64,000 bases of DNA from an uncultured virus (IMG/VR IMGVR_UViG_3300048547_000618) (lineage: Duplodnaviria > Heunggongvirae > Uroviricota > Caudoviricetes): IMG/VR virus record IMGVR_UViG_3300048547_000618. One strand, given 5' to 3'. The notes beneath the pieces were generated by a model, which worked only from the letters and a program-made list of their open reading frames with translations, had not been told where the DNA came from and did not search any database. Both the position numbers and the translations under genes were made by a program. Shown piece by piece: positions 37,585 to 46,061 of the stretch (position 1 is the stretch's first letter; each line of letters begins with the position of its first letter).

Positions 37585-37760
37585 GGGAGAGGCTTTCTGC
37601 AGTGCCTCTCCCCTTATTTGCATTTGACGTATGCAACAACCGACTGGGTTTTTTTACGGTACCAGTGCTTTTTACCGACCTATATGTCCGACGCGCCTCG
37701 AACCACATATAGGGTTTAGTATAATGAGTTCTTACCTGCTAGTCGGGTTTTCCTCATTAT
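37585..37760 (-). ncRNA. Candidate structured ncRNA downstream of tRNA-Pro
   Basis: Four hairpins plus a possible pseudoknot (CCGACU/AGUCGG); no credible ORF. Confidence 0.5.
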
Positions 37761-37764
37761 CCTT

Positions 37765-37841
37765 TGGTCTCGGAAGTAGGATTTGAACCTACGGTCTCCT
37801 GGTCCCAAACCAGGCGCTTTACCAAGCTAAGCTACACCGAG
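37765..37841 (-). tRNA. tRNA-Pro(TGG)
   Basis: Cloverleaf, anticodon arm CCTGG-TT-TGG-GA-CCAGG, GGTTCAAATCC, encoded CCA; one U-U pair in the acceptor stem. Confidence 0.9.
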
Positions 37842-37847
37842 TGATAA

Positions 37848-38066
37848 ACTACTTTACTCAACGCCCCTAGTATCTCCAATCTCTCCGCACGGCCTTATTG
37901 ACATTGCCGCTCTAGTTTGATTGAAACCAATTGGATCTAACTTACTAGTTTCGCTATATTTACTATCTAATACGATTGTTAGATAGCACCGTCGTCATTT
38001 GTAAGTCGATTTCTTCCAAGTGCTTCTAGGTCCGGTTCCCTCTACACGGACGCTGAGTAAAGTAGT
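37848..38066 (-). ncRNA. Candidate ~220-nt structured ncRNA upstream of tRNA-Pro
   Basis: ~19-bp closing stem (13 perfect bp plus G-U pairs valid only on the minus strand) and internal hairpins. Confidence 0.6.
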
Positions 38067-38068
38067 CC

Positions 38069-38200
38069 TTATACATCTACATATGGATTATCTTTTCCAT
38101 AAATTTCTTTAGCGCTTGCCCAACCAGAGCGGTTACCAAGAATATATCCAATAACACCACTAAGAAAGATGATGCCGCCTAATGTGATAAACTGTTCCAT
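38069..38200 (-). CDS. Small membrane protein
   Basis: Start MEQFITLGG after AAGGA; one TM. Confidence 0.55.
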   Translation of the reverse strand: MEQFITLGGIIFLSGVIGYILGNRSGWASAKEIYGKDNPYVDV

Positions 38201-38231
38201 AACTGATTCCTTTTTTCCATTTGATATAACT

Positions 38232-38260
38232 AATATAACTGATTCTAAACAGAATGTCAA
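38232..38260 (-). promoter_or_regulatory. Early promoter with GANTC in the spacer
   Basis: TTGACA-ttctgtttaGAATCagt-TATATT. Confidence 0.85.
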
Positions 38261-38366
38261 TAGTTAATTTGCTTCCATACCACTTTAATATAATGAGCAT
38301 CAAGAATATCTCTGTATTCTATGGCGTCAAGAACACAATCAAAGCGTTTGCCGTTAATACAATAAA

Positions 38367-38609
38367 TCATCCCCAATCCTTACGATCGTCTTCATTATCA
38401 TAACCGTATTTATAAGCCTCAATTTCACCAACAGTCATATTGTCTTTTTCTACTCTTTCCGAAGTAATAGAATCACCAACATAGTAATGAGGATCATAAG
38501 GACGATGGTAATAAGCATCTGCACTACCGCGATCTTGAGGCGACCCGTGGCGTGGTAATCCTTCAGTTACAATTACGTCTTCCATGTAAGGATTTTCAAC
38601 ACTATTCAT
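38367..38609 (-). CDS. Hypothetical protein
   Basis: HGSPQDRGSADAYYHRPYDPHYY; start uncertain. Confidence 0.65.
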   Translation of the reverse strand: MNSVENPYMEDVIVTEGLPRHGSPQDRGSADAYYHRPYDPHYYVGDSITSERVEKDNMTVGEIEAYKYGYDNEDDRKDWG

Positions 38610-38845
38610 TCTACGATCTCCATTCCAGTAAAGTTTTCTTGTAACCAACCACGGTCAATTGCGTGCAGAACAATCATATTCTTATATGGTTCGGATGGCC
38701 ACAGACCCTTTTTAAGAGCCCACTGTTTCATATCAGACTGAACCATGCAAGACTGTTCACCTTGGGCAGGCCGAGCTTCAATACGATTAATTTCTTCTTC
38801 AGCCATTTCAAAGCCATTGCGAGTTTCTTGAATCCAAGGTTCCAT
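38606..38845 (-). CDS. Hypothetical protein
   Basis: Coupled ORF. Confidence 0.6.
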   Translation of the reverse strand: MEPWIQETRNGFEMAEEEINRIEARPAQGEQSCMVQSDMKQWALKKGLWPSEPYKNMIVLHAIDRGWLQENFTGMEIVE

Positions 38846-39075
38846 TATACTGTCTCCATTTCAAGATCAGCCAATGCTTCAAAGCATTCGTCGATGTATG
38901 TTGAAGCGTAAATTCCAGCAAGATCCATATACATATCAGACTCAACAAAATTCCAAAAATCTGTTGAACCAAAACCAGGGCGCAAGTTAAAATCGTTGCG
39001 GATTGCTTTTTGAAAGCTCTCGACAACATCAGCTTTAATCATTGAACCGTTTGGAAGATGTGTAATTGTTGACAT
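38845..39075 (-). CDS. Early hypothetical protein
   Basis: RBS AAGGA and promoter upstream. Confidence 0.65.
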   Translation of the reverse strand: MSTITHLPNGSMIKADVVESFQKAIRNDFNLRPGFGSTDFWNFVESDMYMDLAGIYASTYIDECFEALADLEMETV

Positions 39076-39106
39076 TTGGTTGTTCCTTTGTTTACCTTAT
39101 ATAAAC

Positions 39107-39135
39107 AATATAACTGATTCTAAACCAAATGTCAA
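39107..39135 (-). promoter_or_regulatory. Early promoter with GANTC in the spacer
   Basis: TTGACA-tttggtttaGAATCagt-TATATT. Confidence 0.85.
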
Positions 39136-39157
39136 CAACTTTTTTAGTGAAAACGAA

Positions 39158-39640
39158 TTATTTTTTTTCGTTGGCTTCTGCAATAACCATCTTATCGTAA
39201 TCTTCACGATTAACTAATCCTTCAGCGAGTAAACGTTCACGATTGGCCATATGAGCTGCTTGAGTGTCTTCTTTTGATCCACCAAAATACGGAACGCAGT
39301 GTCCTTCTTCAGCCATGATTTCTGTTATTAAACGCCCATCGGCTGCTCTGAAATCACCAAGGATACGACCAAATTTGCCTTTCATATCCTCGCCATGTTT
39401 GTTTTCAGTTGTGATAAGTTTTGCGTCTTTTTCTAAAAGCTCGCCGAGTCTTTTACTTGATGCTTTACCGAATAGTTTTTCTACACGGTCTGACGTTCTT
39501 GACTCAGGTGTATCAATACCCATGATGCGTACCCTTTCATCTTTTAGGCAAATACCAAAACCTAGATCAATATCTACATCTACAGTATCACCGTCGACTA
39601 CTTTAACGACAGTCACGTCATATTCGTTTTGATGGCTCAT
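39158..39640 (-). CDS. Staphylococcal-nuclease-like (thermonuclease family) protein
   Basis: VVDGDTVD, RVRIMGIDTPE and GKFGRILG. Confidence 0.88.
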   Translation of the reverse strand: MSHQNEYDVTVVKVVDGDTVDVDIDLGFGICLKDERVRIMGIDTPESRTSDRVEKLFGKASSKRLGELLEKDAKLITTENKHGEDMKGKFGRILGDFRAADGRLITEIMAEEGHCVPYFGGSKEDTQAAHMANRERLLAEGLVNREDYDKMVIAEANEKK

Positions 39641-39698
39641 TTTATTTCCTCATTTATTATAATTGTTATCGGAATGCGATTATCGCCATATATTTATT

Positions 39699-39962
39699 TT
39701 AAGTTTGAAGTCTTACTGCATAAGAATGTACATTATCGATGAATTCACCAATGGTACCCATGTTTTGTATCCATTCTCTAACTACGTTATCAGGAATTTC
39801 TTTTCCTGGATAAAATACGTCTTCGGCTTCCATAACAATATTCATTACGTCTAAAGAATCAATATAATTACTAATCAAGTGTTCTCTTGTTAAATCTTCA
39901 CCTGTTTCATTTTTTAAATATTCAAATACCCAACCTTCTAATTCATTAATTGGTTTGCTCAT
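39699..39962 (-). CDS. Acyl-carrier-protein-like protein
   Basis: 87 aa, acidic, IDSLDVMNIVMEAED (phosphopantetheine Ser motif), TIGEFID. Confidence 0.7.
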   Translation of the reverse strand: MSKPINELEGWVFEYLKNETGEDLTREHLISNYIDSLDVMNIVMEAEDVFYPGKEIPDNVVREWIQNMGTIGEFIDNVHSYAVRLQT

Positions 39963-39964
39963 AG

Positions 39965-40510
39965 TTATTCCCTTCCATTATAAAATCCACTAATCTGTAA
40001 AGTATATTTTGGCGTTAAGCCAGCATTTGCGCTAAGGTGTAAATGATCACTATCCCAAACAAACCCATCACCAGCTTTCCAATGAGTACTTGTTTGCCAT
40101 TTTTTGTAATGATCTTGATAATTTATAAAATGGCCGGGAGCCCAATCTTCTAAGTAAATATTAGCTCTTACCTTTTTACGTTTATCATCAGGAAACAATT
40201 TATTTATTTTAAAAAACGTGTCCCTATGCATTGTAATAGTATTCCCAGGCGGTTGCAATATCGTACTTATTGTAACTGGCTCAATCTTTAATTTATTGCC
40301 AAGCTCTTCAAAGTCTACATCAATAGGATCAAACCATAGTTGTTGGATCTTTGTGTTTTCTTTGGAGTAACTTTCCGGAAATCCACCAAATGTTTTATGA
40401 ATATCTTCTTGTTCGCGAACTTGGTAACTTATACAACTACCTTTGTGTTTTTCGTAATCAGCATTCAAAAAGGTTGAAAAATCATGTCTTAGTTTTATTT
40501 TATAAATCAT
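39965..40510 (-). CDS. 2OG-Fe(II) oxygenase-like protein
   Basis: QPPGN..MHRD...HLSANAG..KYTLQISG. Confidence 0.65.
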   Translation of the reverse strand: MIYKIKLRHDFSTFLNADYEKHKGSCISYQVREQEDIHKTFGGFPESYSKENTKIQQLWFDPIDVDFEELGNKLKIEPVTISTILQPPGNTITMHRDTFFKINKLFPDDKRKKVRANIYLEDWAPGHFINYQDHYKKWQTSTHWKAGDGFVWDSDHLHLSANAGLTPKYTLQISGFYNGRE

Positions 40511-41828
40511 TTAAAAACCTTTCCATATCAGATATATCATTTTCATTATATCTAAATGCCTTTATATTATGTATATTTATCTCATCGCTGTCAATTAAAT
40601 ACTGCGACAAATCAGTATGATACAATCTTTCTACTTCATCCATTACCATGTTAAAGCGATATAATTGGTTATGCTCCGCGTCAAACGAATAGTCAATCCA
40701 TGGATAAAACTTATATCCTTTACTTTCCAAATATGTTTTTATACCTGACGCACCAATCCACAGAAAAGGTTGCCCTAGCATTAATGGCCTATAAATTTTT
40801 TCAGTAATTGATGGTATATGAGTTCTTGATTCAATTACAACTTGAAATTGCGAATCTATAAATTGCGGTGGAGTCCTATACCAAAATTGTCCTGTTGCAA
40901 CTTTCATCCAACTCGTTTTAATATCTTCGCCATTATCATTTAAAATACGGTGTTTAAAAACATTTTCAGGACCTACGCGGTTTACAGTATCGTGTACAGA
41001 TTGTTTTAATACTGGGTCTGGATTTTCTAAATATTTTTTAATAGATGCTTCTGGGTTTGGTACGTTTTGCGTATGTATTACGTCATCTTGCCATAATATG
41101 TTTCTTTCAATCAATTCAGCAATTAAGTCTAAACGTAGCCACCTTCCGTCTATCATTCCAACTGGCACTGATAACTTGTATTCATGATTTGCATACGGAT
41201 CCCACTGAATATATGGAAAATGAGAAATCTTATCAAAACAATCAATGTGTGTTACATATGGTTTATATTTTTCAAGGTGTGTTCCAATATCAAGATGTTT
41301 GTGGTTTGTATCGTATGAATTTAACAGCCATTGAAATTTGCTTGGTGGTAACTGTTCACACAATTTATCAAATTCTAAAAAGAAATTTTTAAAATCAGGA
41401 TTACCTATATAGTAATCAGGATTTAACGATATATGCTCGAATATCCATGCTATAACTATCGTAACATTATTGTTATTTGCAAAGTTTATTAAGTCTTGAT
41501 TTTTTAATAATAACCCAGGAATTTCAGCTAAAGTACGAGTATCATCACCTGGTAAAATTATAAGATTTATATCGTTATCGTTGACTACATCTTGATTTAT
41601 TATTTTGTATGAAGGTCTAAATTCTCCATAACATTCTTCGTCTTGTTCGTCTGCAAAATATTTAAAAAACTGTTCTCGTATTTTTTTATCATACCAAATT
41701 GTTTTAACTTGATCCAAAGATTCGCCAAATTTTTGAGACTCTGGTCCATACCACATTGCCGTCTTGTGCACCGGGCAAACAGCTATATCCCACGTCCAAA
41801 TTTTTATTTTGTTAACGATTGTTTTCAT
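40500..41828 (-). CDS. Hypothetical protein with glycosyltransferase-like C-terminus
   Basis: VIES...ITEKIYRPL..GQPF..G...GYK...IDYSFD. Confidence 0.5.
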   Translation of the reverse strand: MKTIVNKIKIWTWDIAVCPVHKTAMWYGPESQKFGESLDQVKTIWYDKKIREQFFKYFADEQDEECYGEFRPSYKIINQDVVNDNDINLIILPGDDTRTLAEIPGLLLKNQDLINFANNNNVTIVIAWIFEHISLNPDYYIGNPDFKNFFLEFDKLCEQLPPSKFQWLLNSYDTNHKHLDIGTHLEKYKPYVTHIDCFDKISHFPYIQWDPYANHEYKLSVPVGMIDGRWLRLDLIAELIERNILWQDDVIHTQNVPNPEASIKKYLENPDPVLKQSVHDTVNRVGPENVFKHRILNDNGEDIKTSWMKVATGQFWYRTPPQFIDSQFQVVIESRTHIPSITEKIYRPLMLGQPFLWIGASGIKTYLESKGYKFYPWIDYSFDAEHNQLYRFNMVMDEVERLYHTDLSQYLIDSDEINIHNIKAFRYNENDISDMERFLNDL

Positions 41829-41882
41829 TTTGCAACTGTCAAATTATATTATGTGTCAAAACTTTGACACTCTTAAAAAACT

Positions 41883-41890
41883 TATAAATA
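41883..41890 (+). promoter_or_regulatory. T4-type late promoter
   Basis: TATAAATA upstream of the exported-protein operon. Confidence 0.7.
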
Positions 41891-41933
41891 TATATAATAG
41901 AGTAAAGTATGCTTTTATCATTACTAATATGGG

Positions 41934-42506
41934 ATGAACATTATGACTAAACATTTACTCTTTCTGTTTTTATTATTTATACCTTTCATTGGAACAACCG
42001 CAGTGGAGGCAGAGCCAATAGTTACAGAAAGTACAACAGAAAGTACTATCAATAGTAATAGTACATCGGAGACTACAGTTAATTCTCCACCGCCGTCGGC
42101 GATCGCCCCTTCGATTAATTCAGCTAACTCAGACTTATGTACAGTTGGAGTTTCCGGCGCAGTCCAAACACAAATATTGGGTATATCAGGTGCCAAGATG
42201 GTTCGTGATATGAATTGTGAAAAGTTAAAGAACGCTAAAACATTATATGATATGGGAATGAAAGTTGCTGCGGTTTCAGTGATGTGCCAAGATCCTCGCG
42301 TATTTAACGCTATGATGGATGCAGGAACACCTTGCCCTTATGATGGTATGATTGGGGACGCAGCTAAAGCAGCATGGATAGCAAATCGCGATGAACAACC
42401 TGAAGATCCGCAAAGTAATATAATAAAGGATATGAACGATGAGACTAAGTCTACTTTGTTCGGCGGTGGCATTGTTGGCGGCCTCCTCCTCTTATTGTTA
42501 CTCTGA
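41934..42506 (+). CDS. Exported/membrane-anchored Cys-containing protein
   Basis: Signal peptide, S/T-rich linker, 4 Cys, hydrophobic C-terminus. Confidence 0.7.
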   Translation: MNIMTKHLLFLFLLFIPFIGTTAVEAEPIVTESTTESTINSNSTSETTVNSPPPSAIAPSINSANSDLCTVGVSGAVQTQILGISGAKMVRDMNCEKLKNAKTLYDMGMKVAAVSVMCQDPRVFNAMMDAGTPCPYDGMIGDAAKAAWIANRDEQPEDPQSNIIKDMNDETKSTLFGGGIVGGLLLLLLL

Positions 42507-43338
42507 TACAACGTATCATTCAACAAATAACGCCGCAGCGGATGCTTTAGCGTGGGCAATGAAAAATGTATTACCTGATTCAGCTTCACCTTATATTACA
42601 GTAGAAGTAAATGGTTTAGCTTATCAATATACAATGGTAAAAGATCCTGAGGCAGACGCAAAGGTTACAATTTCAAACGAAGACCTTGCAAATCCTGGGC
42701 AAAATATTTTTGAAGAAACAGATGATTGGAGTGGTAACCCAGGTGGGTCTGTAAGAAAATTTTTTAGATTTGGATATACAGATTCTTCTAGGTGGGGAGA
42801 TGGAGAAATAAGTGTTGAAGGAGAAGGTACGGTTACGGATCCATTTGTGGTTTATAATTATAAGATGGTGGTAGATGATAGTTATAAATGTCTTTCACCA
42901 TTATCAGATCCAAGTTGTCCTGGATATTCGACAGCATTACAAGAATATTTAGCTTCACTTGCCGTTCCACCGTCAATTGGAGATCCTTATTATGATGAAT
43001 GGGTTCAGGCTGAATTGAACCGTGAAGCAAATGTAGAAGACGAAGAAGAAATAGAACAAACAACCAATAATGAAGTAGAGGATGATTTGGAAGAACAGCT
43101 TGGCGGTAATAATAATATTGACAAATTAGTCGATAGTACCGCGCAACAAAAAATCTTAGCTGATTTATCGTTAAATCCAAAGATTGTACCATATTATGAA
43201 ATAACTATTCCTGGAGGTATATACGAAGATACTTTAGTATTGCCTTCATCTAGTTATCCAGACAACCGAAGAGCGATGAGAAACTTGGCATCTGATGCTA
43301 ATCATAAATCTATGGTACGCTCTCAATATGAACGATAA
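42439..43338 (+). CDS. Exported acidic protein
   Basis: Signal peptide; C..PLSDPSCPGY. Confidence 0.65.
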   Translation: MRLSLLCSAVALLAASSSYCYSDTTYHSTNNAAADALAWAMKNVLPDSASPYITVEVNGLAYQYTMVKDPEADAKVTISNEDLANPGQNIFEETDDWSGNPGGSVRKFFRFGYTDSSRWGDGEISVEGEGTVTDPFVVYNYKMVVDDSYKCLSPLSDPSCPGYSTALQEYLASLAVPPSIGDPYYDEWVQAELNREANVEDEEEIEQTTNNEVEDDLEEQLGGNNNIDKLVDSTAQQKILADLSLNPKIVPYYEITIPGGIYEDTLVLPSSSYPDNRRAMRNLASDANHKSMVRSQYER

Positions 43339-43348
43339 GGAGAAATAT

Positions 43349-43852
43349 ATGTTCAAACATCTAATATTTAGTAGCGTAGCAGCTATTATGCTAGGCGGAT
43401 CTGTAGGCGCAGCAGAAACTCCAATCACCGGTAACGTTGCGTCAAAATGCTCAATTTTTACAGACACAGCTGGGGTTTATGGTAACCCTACACCAGACGA
43501 ATTGAGCACAATCCCAGCGGACGGCGGTGTTTATCCAGTTGTACGCTATGACGTTGCTATTGCAGACTACTATACCGCTAAAATTTCCTGGCCAACATCG
43601 TTTACTTCCGCACCGAGTCTTAGTGACTCAGTAACGTGGGATGGCGAAGTTACAGTATCTAATACATCAGATACTAATATGTCAGGATATGAAGCAGCTA
43701 AAATTGAATACGATAATCACACTGAATACGATCTTAGTGTAGCTGGGTCTACTTGGTTTCAAGTTGAATCAGAAGCAAAGTATGGCGTAGGCAAATCACT
43801 ACCAGGTGGTGAATATAAAGCTAATGTTGTTGCAGAGTGTATCGCAGACTAA
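43349..43852 (+). CDS. Exported beta-rich protein, fimbrial-subunit-like
   Basis: RBS AAGGAG; signal peptide; ITGNVASKCSI...PGGEYKANVVAEC. Confidence 0.55.
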   Translation: MFKHLIFSSVAAIMLGGSVGAAETPITGNVASKCSIFTDTAGVYGNPTPDELSTIPADGGVYPVVRYDVAIADYYTAKISWPTSFTSAPSLSDSVTWDGEVTVSNTSDTNMSGYEAAKIEYDNHTEYDLSVAGSTWFQVESEAKYGVGKSLPGGEYKANVVAECIAD

Positions 43853-43891
43853 GGTGTTAATTTGCGTAAAGAGTAAAGTGAAGGATTAAAA

Positions 43892-44266
43892 ATGAAATAC
43901 CTAGTGAGTTTGATTTTTGTGTTAATAAGTACTGCGGTTACATCACACGAATTGACGCCAACATACCCTGAGTTACGACCTGCGTACGTAGATGGTGTGT
44001 TGGTGACAACTATGGATATATGGAATAGAAGAACAGATGTAGAGTATTACGAAATAGAAGTCTTTGATAAATATTGGGAGGCACTTCCGTTTGCTTCACA
44101 AGATAAAGTTATAAAGCTTGGTTATTTAGAAAAGAAACAATTTGAGGTTTATATCAAAAGTGAACACAAAGCTAAGGCTGTATATATATGTACTACCTCT
44201 AAACTTTTGAGGGATGATGTACTATCAACCGGAGTAAAATCAAGGATATGCTCCAAATTAAAGTGA
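43892..44266 (+). CDS. Exported Ig-like protein (pilus-chaperone-like?)
   Basis: Signal peptide; alternating beta pattern; two C-terminal Cys. Confidence 0.5.
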   Translation: MKYLVSLIFVLISTAVTSHELTPTYPELRPAYVDGVLVTTMDIWNRRTDVEYYEIEVFDKYWEALPFASQDKVIKLGYLEKKQFEVYIKSEHKAKAVYICTTSKLLRDDVLSTGVKSRICSKLK

Positions 44267-44273
44267 GAACATT

Positions 44274-44684
44274 ATGCGTTATATTATTTCATTGTGTTTA
44301 ATGTTGTTTACGACAACAGTAAACGCAGACTCTGGTTCGGTAAGTTTGGCATTACCGAGTGCACCAGGTAATTACCAATCCGATAAATTTAGGGCTGGTG
44401 ATTTAGATTGTTCTAATGCCATCGGATCGGCTACACAACTTGAGCTCGGTGTAACTGGTCTTATTGACGGCGGTTATTATGATGATGTGAATCGATATGT
44501 TAATGATAGGAGAGTTGATAACGTTGGTGTATATGCAAGGATTGTTATACCACTCGGCGCAAGACCTAAAGAAAGAATTGATTGTAATAGATTATATGAA
44601 ATGGAATTACAGTTAAAATCGCTGGAATTAGAACGTTTAAGAAGAGAGCTTCAGCAGTTGAAAGAATTATCTTTCGAGGAGTAA
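44274..44684 (+). CDS. Exported protein with C-terminal coiled coil
   Basis: Signal peptide; DLDCSNAIG, GVYARIVIPLG and IDCNRLY. Confidence 0.65.
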   Translation: MRYIISLCLMLFTTTVNADSGSVSLALPSAPGNYQSDKFRAGDLDCSNAIGSATQLELGVTGLIDGGYYDDVNRYVNDRRVDNVGVYARIVIPLGARPKERIDCNRLYEMELQLKSLELERLRRELQQLKELSFEE

Positions 44685-44687
44685 TAT

Positions 44688-45383
44688 ATGGCTGAATTTG
44701 AATTTGCCGGAACCACGTTTAAAGGTGGTAAAATGTTTGCTGTCTTAACCGCACTATCTACTTTAGGTGGTGGCGCATGGGCCGGTTTTGAATTTTATGC
44801 GGACTATATGGACATGAAAGAAATTGTTCAAAACATTGACATTGACGAAATCGCCGCAGCAAATGCATTGCAACTACAAAAGCTTGAAGACGCTATAGGA
44901 TATACACAAGATATTAAAGACGATTTAAAAGGTGACATTGCCCGTTCTGAAAATTTAATAGGAGTATTAGAAGATCAGGTTATTGCGGCTGAAACCACCG
45001 TAAGAGATTTGCGTAAAGATATATACGCAAAACTTGATGCCTTCGAAGAAAGGCTAAGAATAACTCTTAAAGATAACCAAGATACAATGGCAAACTTAAG
45101 AGATACAATTTCAACTAACCTTGACAATTCAGAAGCAAGAATTAAGAATACACAAAATAGTATTGGTGGTACTCTTGAAGGTATTCGTACTGAAATGAAC
45201 GAACTTCAAAAAGACGTAACTTCGTCTATCCGTGAAGTTGAAGCGACGATAAGAGCGTCTGAAAAAGACGTACGTAATACTATGCGTGATACACAAACTA
45301 ATATTGATAGTGAAATGAGATTATTAGAAAAGGACCTCAAAGAAACAATACAAGAAGCATTAGATAATCCGTTATCAGAATAG
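44688..45383 (+). CDS. Membrane-anchored long coiled-coil protein
   Basis: N-terminal TM then a long heptad-rich region. Confidence 0.7.
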   Translation: MAEFEFAGTTFKGGKMFAVLTALSTLGGGAWAGFEFYADYMDMKEIVQNIDIDEIAAANALQLQKLEDAIGYTQDIKDDLKGDIARSENLIGVLEDQVIAAETTVRDLRKDIYAKLDAFEERLRITLKDNQDTMANLRDTISTNLDNSEARIKNTQNSIGGTLEGIRTEMNELQKDVTSSIREVEATIRASEKDVRNTMRDTQTNIDSEMRLLEKDLKETIQEALDNPLSE

Positions 45384-45392
45384 GAGATACAC

Positions 45393-45512
45393 ATGCAAGA
45401 ATCAAAAAGAACATGTACGTCGTGCGGCCATGATTGCCATTGTTATAGACCTGACTGTAAAGATTGCCAAAATGACGTATGCATAAAATGCAGCTGCAAG
45501 AAAAATGACTAA
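45393..45512 (+). CDS. Cys-rich metallothionein-like peptide (39 aa, not in ORF track)
   Basis: MQESKRTCTSCGHDCHCYRPDCKDCQNDVCIKCSCKKND; RBS AGGAG. Confidence 0.7.
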   Translation: MQESKRTCTSCGHDCHCYRPDCKDCQNDVCIKCSCKKND

Positions 45513-45717
45513 TGACTATTATGAAAGTACTAGAAAACAAATTCGAGATATCAGAAGAAGAATTGCAGAACTCAGAGCTCAAATTTCTGGTAATTCGCCA
45601 CGACGCAGTACTACACGAAAAGATGGAAAAGTGGAAGAATCGCCACGGCGACCGGCCGATGTTCCGGTCAGTCCAAGCGAAGCCATTAAAGCAAAACTGT
45701 TAAGCAAAGGTAAGTAA
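45505..45717 (+). CDS. Basic hypothetical protein
   Basis: Coupled ORF. Confidence 0.55.
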   Translation: MTNDYYESTRKQIRDIRRRIAELRAQISGNSPRRSTTRKDGKVEESPRRPADVPVSPSEAIKAKLLSKGK

Positions 45718-46059
45718 ATGGAAATTTTAGCATTCATAACGTTTTTTGCTATGGGAAACACTATTAACAACTTGGAAAACGAAGTAGCGACATTAGGTTA
45801 TTTTCAAGAACAAAATACTGCAGAAAGTATAAAGCAGCAAGAACAAATTAATAATCTTATAATTAATACGGAAAAATTAGAAATTCAAGTTAAAGAATTA
45901 AAAAAGCAAACTGAGATGAATCATCTTGAATTATCAGGAGCAATCGCTTCAAAATATGCAAGGCATGAAACGTTTCACGACATGCAACAAATACAAATAG
46001 ATATCATGGAAATGAGACAAGATGATATATTAGAAAAAATGTTAGCAGCAGGGGAGTAA
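45718..46059 (+). CDS. Hypothetical coiled-coil protein
   Basis: Hydrophobic N-terminus plus coiled coil. Confidence 0.6.
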   Translation: MEILAFITFFAMGNTINNLENEVATLGYFQEQNTAESIKQQEQINNLIINTEKLEIQVKELKKQTEMNHLELSGAIASKYARHETFHDMQQIQIDIMEMRQDDILEKMLAAGE

Positions 46060-46061
46060 CA

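Noticed and set aside
37765..37841. tRNA-Pro as a pseudogene
   Set aside because: There is one U-U mismatch in the acceptor stem, but the D, anticodon and T arms and the CCA end are intact.
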